64,000 nucleotides of DNA from Lingula anatina (taxonomy: Eukaryota > Animalia > Brachiopoda): assembly GCA_051362555.1 (NCBI GenBank), contig CM120645.1:10106001-10170000 (forward strand). Reading direction: 5' to 3'. Within the stretch, counting starts at the first letter, position 1. Each line of letters starts with the position of its first letter. The translations under genes and the position numbers were made by a program. This document shows, one piece after another, positions 13,881 through 27,967 of this stretch. Below the pieces are notes generated by a model that saw only the letters and a program-made list of their open reading frames with translations, did not search any database and was not told the origin of the DNA.

Positions 13881-15319
13881 ACAAAAAGGGAAATAGAATA
13901 CTCCACCCCTCAGTGTGCTAAGTCGTCCTAACCCAAATGTTCTATAAGATAACGCGTACATTACACTTGCTTCGGAGACAGTGTTGTTTTGACAAAGAAC
14001 CTGTTGCTAGTATCAAGGAATTCTGGTCTGATCCAGTTTCTTGATTGGCAGCAATTTGTAGTCATGACAACAAACTGGTCAAATAAAAAGATGCCAACAG
14101 GCTGATCAGATAGACTGCTGCTATTAATAACTACGGTGAAGTTATTTATAGAAACTAATCAATATTCAGTAGTTAGAGCTAGGTGTGAGTTTTTTCAACT
14201 GAGAGGCATATCATACTATCTAGAAACGTCAAATCAGAGGCAGGGACAAAGAAGACTGGCGAATTATATTTATGAAATCTTACTGAGTGTTAAAATAAGT
14301 TCAAAATTACAACTAGCCCGTTCAGGCTAGTGCTTTATAAATTTTCAACTTTTTTACTAGCCCGGTGCCACTTTAGGTGGGCAACGTCCCACACTGAATT
14401 TTACATAAATTTTGAATCCCAAAGTTCTGAGTGAACATACAAGTTTACGTCGTGCATCAGATGTAGTTTTTTTCCCCCACATGCTTTCATCTTGGGCTGT
14501 GAAAAATGAAAAAATCCAACAGAGAAGTTAACAAAAGAAAAACAAGAAATCGAAATAAGATTACGACCAAACCAAACAAAAGAGAACAATTCAGGACTCA
14601 TAGGAAGGTGACTTCGAATGGCTGATTTACAACGAGTTGAGCAGCAACATTTTTTGTAAAACCTGTGTGCAGGACCGTTCCTGACCGCTTTAAGAGATTT
14701 TATGTGCTGAATTCTTTCTTCTTTATTGCCAGCACAGAGGTCTATTTATTTGACTTGAGTATATACAATCTATAAATACACCACTGACAAAGTATAATTC
14801 GGTAGAAATTCCAACCAATTTCTAAATTTCCACAAATGTGGCATGATATTTTCCTTTCATTTCCAAATCACACTCCCAAGAATGCATTCTAGACCCCCTA
14901 AAAGCCTCAGCATACCTCTCTTAATACTCTAGGCGTTATAATTAACCTTTCAGAGTTACCTGCCCGACATTCTGGCTACTAATTTCCTTGAATTTCATAC
15001 ACTGAATTACTGTATGTAACATTTAAATGTAATTCCATTTTCATTTAGCTTGAAGTCTTGGGTTTTCAAAGATGTATACTTTATATGGGTAATAAAGGCA
15101 CACAAATAAATTATGGACAATTTACTGAAGTGACCCCACTTCTCATTGGGCCCAGCAGAAGTTTATGGGTCAGCATTAACTGGGGTTAAATAATTGACTG
15201 CGGAAAGCTGGCTATTAAAGTAGAGACTATAGATGCCTCTTTGTGGAAAGCCTGTAACACAATACTGTTTTTATTTTCCAGTAGCTTTTGTGCATGTGTG
15301 TTTCTTGCAAATACTTTAC

Positions 15320-15365
15320 CCTCTAAAAGAACTCTTTTCTTGTGTCTCTATGCTGCTGCTGTCAT
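15320..15365 (-). CDS. 46-nt micro-exon joining the linker exons to the C-terminal TIR exon
   Basis: tttcttatag|AT GAC AGC...AGA GG|gtaaag encodes DDSSSIETQEKSSFRG; phase 1 in and phase 2 out, which matches both the exon ending at 27744 and the TIR exon starting at 2451. Confidence 0.6.
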
Positions 15366-16848
15366 CTATAAGAAAATTAAAGACAAACTACAGTTAGACA
15401 ATCCACGTGTAATGAGTGTTAACATAGTATGTACTTACAGCTCTGTAGAAAAAGTGTCTTTTGTCTAAACAAGATGGACAAAACACAGTAACAAGGCCAT
15501 AAAGCTGCCAAAAGTACAGACAAAAAGCAGTTCTAAAAAAATGATGCACAAATTGGCTAACTGTCAACAGCTGAATAAATCCATCAATCAGCCATAAAAG
15601 AGCTTAAGACAGCTTTCTTTAAATTTTTGGTCAGAAATTTAACCGACTTATGGGACCTACTTTTCTTCCCCATGTATATACAGTATAAAAAGCTAGCAGA
15701 ACTATTCAGTTCTTTGTGAAATGTTTATTTTTCACATTTTGGCATTTTCATTGTGAGACTTAGAACTCCAACAGGCATAAAGCTAAATGGTAAATATATT
15801 TTCTGAATGTCAGTGTTATATATAGTAGGTAATTAAAGCTGGTATTGATTATGCTGTCAATCATTATTTTAAACAAGGCAGCAAAGCTGTCAAATGTACA
15901 GACAAAAAACAGGAAATAACTATGCACAAAATAGGCTACTGTCAATTCTGATGCAAAAGTACATTATGTTAAACTGCAAATTCAACATCAAATTTTAATT
16001 ATGCTCAACAGGTAATACCAATGTAAGTAAAATGTGTAACAAGTTCACACTTTGAAAATGTATAACTTCCAGAAAAAGAAGCCAATTAGACTGTTTTTCC
16101 AACTCAGGCTGCATTTTAGTCCTGTATTTCTTTTTTGAAAGTTTGGCAATCATAAGTAACATGGTTTTCCCATAATGGTCATCATGGCAGCAGTGCCCAA
16201 AATTGTGTTTTCTTCTATTCTGATGCCATATTACATAATGGTTAACAGCATAATGACCGTCAATTTTTAATAATAAAATATATGTATCAAGAATTTTCAG
16301 AAAATGTGACTAGCATGGGTCTTCAAGCCCGTGGAACTTCAAAGTCACACCTTGAAAATGCCAATATGTGAAAAATTAAATTTTCACAAAAAAAAAATGT
16401 TTAACTGGCAGTAAGAATTACCAAACAGACTGCATTGCCTACTGAAGCTGTATTTTAGTCCCATGTTTCTTGCCTGTAAGTTTGAGAACAGTAAGTGACA
16501 TGGTTTTTCTTAAATGGTCATCATGGGAGCAAATCCCAAAATAGTTTTTTTTTTCAAATTTTGATGCAATATTACATAATGTTTAACAGCATAATGACCA
16601 TCAATTTTAATAATAAAATATTAGTATTATGGATATTCAGAAAATAAGACTAGCAAAGGTCTTCAGGCCCATGGAACTTCAAAGTCACAACTTGAAAATG
16701 CCAAAATGTAAACAAGACAGCAATGTTCTGAAATTTTTTTTTTTCCAGTTTTAACAATTTCTAACATAAAACAAAATTAACAGTTTACTACCGTTTTTAT
16801 ATGATCAACTAAGAAAATTGATGAGATGGGAAAAATATTAATAGAGCA

Positions 16849-19401
16849 TGCAGTCAGATTTCATCAGGGAATGAGGTTGTGACAGGTATGACAACCTGTC
16901 ACCCCCTCTGGTGTGCTATTTGGTCAGATCCCCCCCCCCCCCTTGCCTGCCCCTCCCTTAGGAGTGGTAGGTAGAGGTTGGGTAGCTCAGTCCCATCATT
17001 CCGATTCAACTTGGCCCCATGTAAGCGGATGTTAATTGCTTCAAGAACTTTCCGGTGTAGATCTCGTGTCTCTCTTTCCAAGATTATTATGTCTTCTATG
17101 GTTGTTGATGTTATACAATGCCCTGTCTGTTCCTGGTGTTGGCTGAGGGCAGATTTTTTATCATGTTTTTTGATCGATTTTTGATGTTCAGCGATTCTTT
17201 CAGTTAAGGAACGTCCTGTCTCTCTGATGTATTTCTCTCCACACACCTGACACTCACACTGGTATACAACTCCACACTGTTCTCCTGGGTCTAATTTGTC
17301 CTTTGGGGATACTAGGATGCCTCTTAGTGTCTGTCCTGCCTTATGGTGTAATACTACATTCCTTTTTCTGAATGCTCTTTTTAGCTTTTCACTAATCCCT
17401 TTCATGTAAGGTAGTACTGCATATCCTTTGGGTTTTTCTTTTTCAGTCATGTTCTCGGGCCTTTGTTGTTTTTCTCTTCCTTTCTTTTCCCCTTCTTTTA
17501 TAGCCCATTCCGGGTAACCACAGTTTCTAAAAGCCACTCCGATTTTTTCCTTCTCTATCTCTATCTTGGGTTTCTCTTTTATCAGTGTGTCTGCCCTATG
17601 CATCAGCGTCTTGATGATTCCTATCTTCTGTTGGACAGGGTGGTGGGATGTCCACTGAAGGTAGTGGTCTGTATGCGTAGGTTTTCTATAAATGTCTGTT
17701 GTGATGTTATCATTCTTCCTAATAAGCTGTAAGTCCAGCATGGGTAATGTCTGGTTGTCATCTTCCCTTTCTATTGTGAACTTAATGCTGTCATGTTGTG
17801 CATTGATATGTCGGAAAAGCTCCTCCTCGTGTTGTTTCTGTATTATAACCCCTGTATCATCGACGTATCTGGCCCAAAATTTTGGTGGGTGGGTGGCTGT
17901 TCTTAGTGCCTGCTCTTCAAACTCTTCCATGAATAGGTTGGCCAGGACAGGAGAGAGTGGAGAGCCCATTGCCATTCCATATACCTGTTCGTAAATACGC
18001 CCTTGGTACCGGAAGTAGGTTGTCTCAATTGTTAGCTTTAGTAAGTCCCCAAAGTCCTCTGGAGGAAGCAGTGTTCTGTTTTTCCAGGTTTTATCCTTTT
18101 TGGCCCTTTCTACTGCCATATTTGTCACTTCGTTGCCTGGTACGCTGGTGAATAGGGCTGTTACGTCGAATGAGGTTAACACCTCCCCCTCTTCCAGAGT
18201 GATCTCTTCCACTTTTTTCACCAGGTCTTGTGAGTTGTTGATATGGCTTGGTTTCTTCCCTACTAAAGGTTTCAGAAGATCTGCTAGGAATCTTGCAAGG
18301 TTGTACGTAATGGAGTTGATACCAGAGACAATAGGACGCATTTTTATGGGGTCTTTGTGGATCTTAGGTGTTGCATAAAATCTCGGAGTAGCATCCGATG
18401 TACATGTAGGGTATATTTTGTTATAGGTGATCTGGTCTAAATATCCCTTATTCTTCAGTGCCCTCAATATCCTTGTATTCTGCCCTTCATTACTTTAGTT
18501 GGATCCTCAGGTATCTCTTTGTATGTGGTGTGATCATCTAACAGGTGTTTGCATTCTTCTATATAATTGTCCCTGTCCATTACCACTACACACTTTCCTT
18601 TGTCTGCAGGTACAATCATTATCTCTTTATTGCTTTTTAGTGACTTCAGGGCTTTCCTTTCCTCATGGCTGAGGTTGTCCTTTGGAGGCTTGGTATTCTT
18701 GATGATGTTCACAACTTCATGCCTTAGGGTATCAGCTTCCTCTGGAGGGAGGTGTAGTTGTTCACAAATCACCTCTGTAGTAGCAATTATTTCTTTTGTT
18801 GGAGTTTTTCTTGGGGCAATGGCATAGTTGAGGCCTTTTTCTAATACTTTGATTTCTGTGTCTGTGGGTTGGTATTTTGACAACACTTTGACCCACTTTT
18901 TTAATTGTGTGCCAGATAGGTCAATGGACTCCTTTTTGTCTTTCAGTGATGTTCTTCCCTGTAGTCTATCAAGTTTGTTGATCTGAGTTTGTCTGCTTTT
19001 CCTGAACACGCTTTCTTCTTTGTTATGGATGTGTTCTTTGACCATATCCAATAATTCATTGTCACTGATGTTATGGTTCTCCTAACAACTTTTTACGTTG
19101 TTTTCCACATTTTCCTTGTCCCTTTTTAGTTCATTTATCCTATGTGTTGTGAGATTGATACGTTCCCTAAGCAGCTGTCTTTCAGCATTTTTTATGATTT
19201 TCTTGGCCTTCTCTGTCTTAATAGTGGTCTTAAGTTTAATACTAACTGGTGTTAAATCTTCTTCTTTGCACCGTAGGTTGAATTTTAGATGGTTCCTGTG
19301 CTTGGCTATCTGGGATGATATTGTTTCCAAATAGCACACCAGAGGGGGTGACAGGTTGTCATACCTGTCACAACCTCATTCCCTGATGAAATCTGACTGC
19401 A
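16849..19401 (-). mobile_element. Penelope-like retroelement (RT + GIY-YIG), 5'-truncated and frameshifted, with an inverted pseudo-LTR fragment
   Basis: ORF pieces 19082-19339, 18464-19051 and 16899-18467 with SFDVTALFT, GMAMGSPLSP, RYVDDT and GVVYQCECQVCGEKYIRETGR; 75-bp inverted repeat at 16849-16923 and 19327-19401. Confidence 0.92.
16899..18467 (-). pseudogene. Penelope reverse transcriptase-GIY-YIG endonuclease, main fragment (522 aa)
   Basis: RT motifs and CxCxxC...H...H in the GIY-YIG region; joined to the upstream part only through a frameshift near 18465; YIG is changed to YIR. Confidence 0.85.
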
Positions 19402-22400
19402 AGCATGGATGGTAAGATCAAACTAATACAAGGCAGCAAAGCTGTCAAATGTACAGACAAATAACAGGAAATAACTATGCACAAAATAGGCTACTGTCAA
19501 TTCTGATGCAAAAATACATTATGTTAAACTGCAAATTCAACATCAAATTTTAATTATCCTCAACAGGTAATACCAATGTAATTAAAATATGTGACAAGTT
19601 TACACTTTGAAAATGTATAACTTCCAGAAAAAGAAGTCAATTAGACTGCTTTTCCAACTCAGACTGCGTTTTAGTCCTGTATTTCTTTTTTGAAAGTTTG
19701 GCAATCATAAGTAACATGGTTTTCCCATAATGGTCATCATGGCAGCAGCACCCAAAATTGTGTTTTCTTCTATTCTGATGCCATATTACATAATGGTTAA
19801 CAGCATAATGACCGTCAATTTTTAATAATAAAATATAAGTATCATGGATTTTCAGAAAATGTGACTAGCATGGGTCTTCAAGCCCGTGGAACTTCAAAGT
19901 CACACCTTGAAAATGCCAATATGTGAAAAATTAAATTTTCACAAAAAAAACTGTTTAACTGGCAGTAAGAATTACCAAACAGACTGTATTTCCTACTGAA
20001 GCTGTATTTTGGTCCCATGTTTATTTCCTGTAAGTTTGAGAACAGTAAATGACATGGTTTTTCTTAAATGGTCATCATGGGAACAGTGCCCAAAATAGTT
20101 TTTTTTTTTTTTAAATTTTGATGCAATATTACATAATGTTTAACAGCATAATGACCATCAATTTTAATAATAAAATATTAGTATTATGGATATTCAGAAA
20201 ATGTGACTAGCAAAGGTCTTCAGGCCCATGGAACTTCAAAGTCACATCTTGAAAATACCAAAATGTAAACGAGACAGCAATGTTCTGAATTTTTTTTCCC
20301 ATTTTTAACAATTTTTAACATAAAACAAAATTAACAGTTTTCTGCCGTTTTTATATGATCAACTAAGAAAATTGATGAGATGGGAAAAATATCAACAGAG
20401 CAGTGTTAAATGTCCAATTTCTTCCATTCTGAGATTCTGAACATAGTGAATGATTGAATCTGACAAACTGCAATGATATGAGTTTATTTCCATTTTTGAC
20501 ACTTTATTACACAATACACGATAACAAGTTTACCATCATTTTTACATAATCAACTAATAATGTTGTAAAGATGCAGGAAATGCCAAACAAACACTTTTAC
20601 GTATCTTATTAGTTCAATAATGAAACTGTTTACATGCCTAAGAATTGAATCTGAGGAAATGTGAAAAAACTGCATTTTTTTAAAATAATGGCCTGATTAT
20701 GCTGATTTTTTAACTTAACCTGCGTTTTAGCAGGAATGACCACTCCTGTAAGTTTAATGACAATTGGCCTATCTGTTTTTCTTATATTGTGTTTACAGTG
20801 TTGCATATATGCTGAAAAGTGAAAAAAAAGCATAACTACTAAAATAGTGGCCCGATCCTGCCTATTTTCGAACTTGACCTGCATTTTATGAATATTCATC
20901 AGCTCTGTAAATATACAGCCAAAAAGTAAAACTTTCTTCCACTTATCGTGTTTACAATGAAAGTGCACAGCCCCGGCGACAGCGACATTGATGGCAACAA
21001 CGGCGACGACAGACGCAGGTGATGGCAATATGTACAGACACAACTGTACATATTAACTGTACTGTTTGAGAACAATAAGTGACATGGTTTTTCTTAAATG
21101 GTCATCATGGGAGCAGTGCCCAAAATAGGTTTTTTTCAAATTTTGATGCAATATTACATAATGTTTAACAGCATAATGACCATCAATTTTTAATAATAAA
21201 ATATAGGAACCATGGACAAACAGAAAACGTGACTAACAAAGGTTTTTAGGCCGATGGAACTTCAAAGTCACACCTTAAAAATGCCAAAATGTAAACAAGA
21301 CTGCACTGTTCTGAAATGGGTTTATTTCCATTTTTAACACTTTTTTAACATAAAACAAAATTAATAGGATACTGCCATTTTTTATATGATCAACTAAGAA
21401 AATTGATGAGATGTGAAAAATATCAATAGAACAGTGTTAAATGTCCAATTTCTTCCTTTCTGAGATTCTGAACATAGTGAATGATTGAATCTGACAAACT
21501 GCAATGATATGAGTTTATTTCCATTTTTGACACTTTATTACACAATACACGATAACAAGTTTACCATCATTTTTACAATGTTGTAAAGATGAAGGAAATG
21601 TCAAACAAACACTTTTACGTATCTTATTAGTTCAATAATGAGACTGTTAACATGCCTAAGAATTGAATCTGTAGAAATGTGAAACAAGACAGCACTGTTC
21701 TGAAATGGTTTTTTTCCCATTTTTAACAATTTTTTTACACAAAACAAAATTAACAGTTTACTGCCATTTTTATAAAATCAACTAAGAAAATTGTTGAGAT
21801 GGGAAAAATATCAATAGAATAGTGTAAAATGTCCAATTTCTTCCATTCTGAGATTCTGAACATACTGAATAATTGAATATGACAAACTGCAATGATATGA
21901 GTTTATTTCCATTTTTGACACTTTATTACACAATACACGATAACAAGTTTACCATCATTTTTACATAATCAAATAACAATGTTGTAAAGATGCAGGAAAT
22001 GTCAAACAAACACTTTTACGTATCTTATTAGTTAAATAATAAGACTGTTAACATCCCTAAGAACTGAATCTGAGGAAATGTGAAAAAAACAGCATAACTT
22101 CTAAAATAATGGCCCGATTATGCTGATTTTCGAACTCAACCTGCATTTTAGTAAGATTGACCACTCCTGTGAGTTTAATGACAATTGGCCGAACGGTTTT
22201 CCTTAAAATGTGTTTACAGGGTTGCATATATGCTGAAAAGTGAAAAAACAGCATAACTTCTACTATAATTGCCCGATCATGCTGATTTTCGAACTTGACC
22301 TGCGTTTTATGAATATTCATCATCTCTGTAAATATAAAAGCAAAAAATAAAATAGTGTTCCACTTATCGTGTTTACAAGGAAAGTGCACGGCATCGGCAT

Positions 22401-25400
22401 CGGCATCGGCATCGCCATCGGCGACGACGGCGACGACAGACGCAGGTGATGGCAATATGTACAGACACATCTGTGTGTGTACATAATAAATAGCTATAGA
22501 CAAAAGAATCTTCACAAGTCTATTAATAGAGCAGTGTTAAATGTCCAATTTCTTCCATTCTGAGATTCTGAACATAGTAAATGATTGAATCTGACAAACT
22601 GCAATGATATGAGTTTATTTCCATTTTTATGTACAGACACAGATGTGTCTGTACATATTGCCATCACCTGCGTCTGTCGTCGCCGATGCCGATGGCGATG
22701 GCGATGCCGATGCCGTGCACTTTCCTTGTAAACACGATAAGTGGAGGGCAGTTTTACTTTTTGGCTTTATATTTACAGAGCTGGTGAATATTCATAAAAC
22801 GCAGGTCAAGTTCGAAAATCAGCATGATCGGGCCATTATTGTAGAAGTTATGCTGATTTTTCACTTTTCAGCATATTTTTCACATTTCCTCAGATTCAAT
22901 TATTAGGCATGTTAACAGTCTCATTATTAAACTAATAAGATACGTAAAAGTTTTTGTTTGACATTTCCTGCATCTTTACAACATTGTTAGTTGATTTTGT
23001 AAAAATGATGGTAAACTTGTTATCATGTATTGTGTAATAAAGTTTCAAAAATGGAAATAAACTCATATCATTGCACTTTGTCAGATTCAATCATTCACTA
23101 TGTTCAGAATCTCAGAATGGAAGAAATTGGACATTTAACACTGCTTTATTGATATTTTTCCCATCTCATCAATTTTCTTAGTTGATCATATAAAAATGGC
23201 AGTAAACTGTTAATTTTGTTTTATGTTAAAAATTGTTAAAAATGGGAAAAAAAAACATTTCAGAACAGTGCTGTCTTGTTTACATTTTGGCATTTTCAAG
23301 TTGTGACTTTGAAGTTCCATGGGCCTGAAGACCTTTGCTAGTCACATTTTCTGAATATCCATGATACTAATATTTTATTATTAAAAATTGATGGTCATTA
23401 TGCTGCTAAACATTATGTAATATTGCATCAAAATTTGAAAAAACCTATTTTGGGCACTGCTCCCATGATGACCATTTAAGAAAAACCATGTCACTTACTG
23501 TTCTCAAACAGTACAGTAAATATACATATAGATGTGTCTGTACATATTGCCATCACCTGCGTCTGTCGTCACCGTCATCGCCGGCGCCGTGCACTTTCAT
23601 TGTAAACACGATAAGTGGAAGGCAGTTTTACATTTGGGCTTTATATTTACAGAGCTGATGAATATTCATAAAATGCAGGTCAAGTTCGAAAATCAGCATG
23701 ATCAGACTATTATTGTAGAAGTTATGCTTTTTTTTTCATTTTTCAGCATATATGCAACACTGTAAACACATTCCAAGGAAAAGCGATAGGCCTGTTGTCA
23801 TGAAACTCACAGGAGTAATCTATCTTACTAAAATGCAGGTCAAGTTCGAAAATCGGCATGATTAGGCCACTATTTTAGTAGTTATGCTTTTTTTTCACTT
23901 TTCAGCATATATGCAACACTGTAAACACAATATACGAAAAACAGATAGGCCAATTGTCATTAAACTCACAGGAGTGGTCAATCCTGCTAAAATGCAGGTT
24001 GAGTTAAAAAATCAGCATAATCAGGCCATTATTTTAGAAGTTATGTTGTTTTTTCACATTTCCTCAGATTCAATTCTTAGGCATGTTAACAGTTTCATTA
24101 TTTAATTAATAAGATATTAAAAGTGTTTGTTTGATATTTCCTGCATCTTTATAACATTGTTAGTTGATTTTGTAAAAATGATGGTTAATTTGTTATCGTG
24201 TATTGTGTAATAAAGTTTCAAAAGTGGAAATAAACTCATATCATTGCAGTTTGTCAGATTCAATCATTCACTATGTTCAGAATCTCAGAATGGAAGAAAT
24301 TGGACATTTAACACTGCTCTATTGATATTTTTCCCATCTCATCAATTTTCTTAGTTGATCATATGAAAATGGCAGTAAGCTGTTAATTTTGTTTTATGTT
24401 AAAAATTGTTAAAAATGAAAAAAAAAAAAACATTTCAGAACAGTGCTGTCTTGTTTACATTTTGGCATTTTCAAGTTGTGACTTTGAAGTTCCATGGGCC
24501 TGAAGACCTTTGCTAGTCACATTTTCTGAATATCCATGATACTAATATTTTATTATTAAAAATTGATGGTCATTATGCTATTTGTCTAAATAGGCCACTA
24601 TTTTAGTAGTTATGCTTTTTTTTCACTTTTCAGCATATATGCAACACTGTAAACACAATATACGAAAAACAGATAGGCCAATTGTCATTAAACTCACAGG
24701 AGTGGTCAATCTTACTAAAATGCAGGTTGAGTTCGAAAATCAGCATAATCGGGCCATTATTTTAGAAGTTATGCTGTTTTTTTCACATTTCCTCAGATTC
24801 AGTTCTTAGGGATGTTAACAGTCTTATTATTTAACTAATAAGATACGTAAAAGTGTTTGTTTGACATTTCCTGCATCTTTACAACATTGTTATTTGATTA
24901 TGTAAAAATGATGGTAAACTTGTTATCGTGTATTGTGTAATAAAGTGTCAAAAATGGAAATAAACTCATATCATTGCAGTTTGTCATATTCAATTATTCA
25001 GTATGTTCAGAATCTCAGAATGGAAGAAATTGGACATTTTACACTATTCTATTGATATTTTTCCCATCTCAACAATTTTCTTAGTTGATTTTATAAAAAT
25101 GGCAGTAAACTGTTAATTTTGTTTTGTGTAAAAAAATTGTTAAAAATGGGAAAAAAACCATTTCAGAACAGTGCTGTCTTGTTTCACATTTCTACAGATT
25201 CAATTCTTAGGCATGTTAACAGTCTCATTATTGAACTAATAAGATACGTAAAAGTGTTTGTTTGACATTTCCTTCATCTTTACAACATTGTAAAAATGAT
25301 GGTAAACTTGTTATCGTGTATTGTGTTTACAGTGTTGCATATATACTGAAAAATGAAAAAACAGCGTAAATACTAAAATAGTGGCCCGATCATGCCGATT

Positions 25401-27037
25401 TTCGAACTTGACCTGTGTTATAGTAAGATCGATTACTCCTGTGAGTTTCATGACAACAGGCCCATCGGTTTTCCTTGAAATGTGTTTACAGTGTTGCATA
25501 TATGCTGAAAAGTGAAAAAACAGCATAACTTCTACAATAATGGCCCGATCATGCAGAATTTAGGAGCAGTTCCCAAAATAGTTTTTTTTCAAATTTTGAT
25601 GCAATATTACATAATGTTTAACAGCATGATGACCATCAATTTTTAATAATAAAATATTAGTATCATGGATATTCAGAAAATGTGACTAGCAAAGGTCTTC
25701 AGGCCCATGGAACTTCAAAGTCACAACTTGAAAATGCCAAAATGTAAACAAGACAGCACTGTTCTGAAATGTTTTTTTTTTTCAATTTTTAACAATTTTT
25801 AACATATAACAAAATTAACAGTTTACTGCCATTTTTAAATGATCAACTAAGAAAATTGATGAGATGGGAAAAATATCAACAGAGCAGTGTTAAATGTCCA
25901 ATTTCTTCCATTATGAGATTCTGAACATAGTGGATGATTGAATCTGACAAACTGCAATGATATGTGTTTATTTCCATTTTTGACACTTAATTACACAATA
26001 CACGATAACAAGTTAACCATCATTTTTACAAAATCAACTAACAATGTTGTAAAGATGCAGGAAATGTCAAACAAAAACTTTTACGTATCTTATTAGTTTA
26101 ATAATGAGACTGTTAACATGCCTAAGAATTGAATCTGAGGAAATGTGAAAAATATGCTGAAAAGTGAAAAAACAGCATAACTTCTACAATAATGGCCCGA
26201 TCATGCTGATTTTCGAACTTGACCTGCGTTTTATGAATATTCATCAGCTCTGTAAATATAAAGCCAAAAAGTAAAACTGCCCTCCACTTATCGTGTTTAC
26301 AAGGAAAGTGCACGGCGCCGGCATCGGCATCGCCATCGGCGACGACAGACGCAGGTGATGGCAATATGTACAGACACATCTGTGTCTGTACATAAAAACT
26401 TTCAAGGGCCTGAAGCCTTATTTTAGTTACACATTTCACACACATTCAAAGTTTGATTTTGACTTTGCTGTTAATCATAATGTTTTTTTTTTTTCAGCAG
26501 AATTGACAGTTAGCTATTTTGTGCATAGTATAGTATAGAAAACTAGCAGAAAAATACTTTTCGGGGTATATTAAACGATGTGTTTTGGTAATTCTCTTAG
26601 ATATATATTATTTGAAAGTATATGCTGGCATTTGGTTGTTTTTTGTTGAAAAAAATTGACTTAATATGCATCTTCAAATGTGAATTAGTGAACATCATCA
26701 CACAAAAAAAAAGAAAAAAAAATGCACTTTATTATAAATTATAAATACCAGCATTTATATTAATAACTTGATCTTTCAATGGAATTTAAAGATACAGTAT
26801 TCACTTGAACTCCTAAATTCTTAAAATCAGAATGTTTTTTACTAGGTGGTAGCAATATTTATTAAAAGTAGGCTACCCTATCATTGTATTCTATGTTGCT
26901 ACCGCACCAGAAATGCTACACAAAAATTTAATTTTAAATGATTCCTAAAGCATGTACCTAGAAGATTCATGATAATATCCTTATTGAAAAGGAGTCAATA
27001 CCATGTACCTCAAGTTAAATGATGTGACATAAAATTA

Positions 27038-27440
27038 CCTTCAGGGATGAGATTCCAGATTTTTGCCCAATTTTTTTCATCTTTCCAATCACCTTTGTTT
27101 CTGATCTTAAGTGCTCTGTAGCCCCTTAGGGAAATTTCCTTCAATTGTGTTTGCAGGAAAATAGGCACAATGATAATTCCATCAACTTCATCAGAAATTT
27201 TGCGTTTTAGTATGTTATAATGGATTTGCTGCAACATCAAAACTGGATCATTCTGGCTATCTGGACGTTTTTTACCACACATTTTTCCTAAATAACCTTC
27301 AGTCATAACAAGTATGACATGCTTAGAATTTTGCATCACAGAATAAAATCTCTCAATTCAATTTGTCCCCCCCCCCCCCCCCCCCCCCCCCCTTTATCAT
27401 CAGGTGTGGAAGAAAGCAATGAATGCCTTGTTTTCTAGCT
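27038..27440 (-). pseudogene. Degenerate duplicate of the N-terminal TIR/SEFIR-like exon
   Basis: Aligns with 31844-32225 (HVILVMTEGYL...SQNDP..MLQQIHY); carries a 26-C run at 27367-27392, a 1-nt deletion nearby and lacks the 5' part; donor G|gtaatt is retained. Confidence 0.8.
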
Positions 27441-27562
27441 CTGTCTATGGGACCATTTCCATGACCCTATCCTATTAGGTCTTACTATTTTCTCATTGGA
27501 AGGTTACAACATGACAAAATGCATCCCTTTATCACTCATTACAACACACAAAACATATTATT

Positions 27563-27730
27563 CAGGGGCGGATTGAGGCCGTCTTCTGGGTCTTCCGGAA
27601 GACGGTCAGATTTTCAAGTTTACATTAACAGGTATCTCATTTTTTCTGTCGGAAGACGGTCAGAAATAGAGGATGGATCAACAAAGATAATTTGGAAGAC
27701 TGTCAGAAAATATCTCTGGATCCGCCCCTG
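27563..27730. mobile_element. MITE with CAGGGGCGGAT TIRs and 5-bp TSD (hAT5-like)
   Basis: TTATT duplicated at 27558-27562 and 27731-27735; the paralogous empty site CATATTGTTATAC is at ~30463-30475. Confidence 0.8.
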
Positions 27731-27743
27731 TTATTATACAAAC

Positions 27744-27914
27744 CTGATTTTGGCGATTCAAACTGCATTGAGTCCTGGGGATTTGCAGTGATTTCAGATG
27801 AAGACATTTTTGAGAAGTTTTCTGATATGCTAGACACAGCATCAGTGGCAGTCTCACTTTTAGCAGCAGTAGCAGTTTCTTGGCTTCTCACTCCCTGGTT
27901 GGAATCACTTTCAG
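27744..27914 (-). CDS. Ser/Ala/Thr/Glu-rich linker exon (171 nt, phase 1-1)
   Basis: ttttctag|CT GAA AGT...TCA G|gtttgt is open in frame; paralog of 30480-30605. Confidence 0.7.
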
Positions 27915-27967
27915 CTAGAAAATATATTTGTCGGCCATCAGATAAAGCACTATCTATGGGACCATTT

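Larger units (their letters stand above)
15870..26400. repeat. Complex array of Family-B Helentron/DINE-like units with an internal inversion (~22625-25320), interrupted by a Penelope element
   Basis: Repeated ~1-kb blocks; orientation switches near 22625 and 25320; terminal palindromes at ~22457-22486, ~22628-22657 and ~26365-26394. Confidence 0.8.

Noticed and set aside
14001-14074. Possible minus-strand exon FVVMTTNCCQSRNWIRPEF with a faint TIR-like look
   Set aside because: Weak donor (gttctt) and phase-0 start are incompatible with the neighbouring exons; 15320-15365 already gives a clean join.
161-26445. Recurring ORFs such as MCLYILPSPASVVA...HDKW and MLFFHFSAYMQHCKH as a gene family
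   Set aside because: They are translations of the Family-B repeat; frames and stops differ between copies and there is no splice or domain support.
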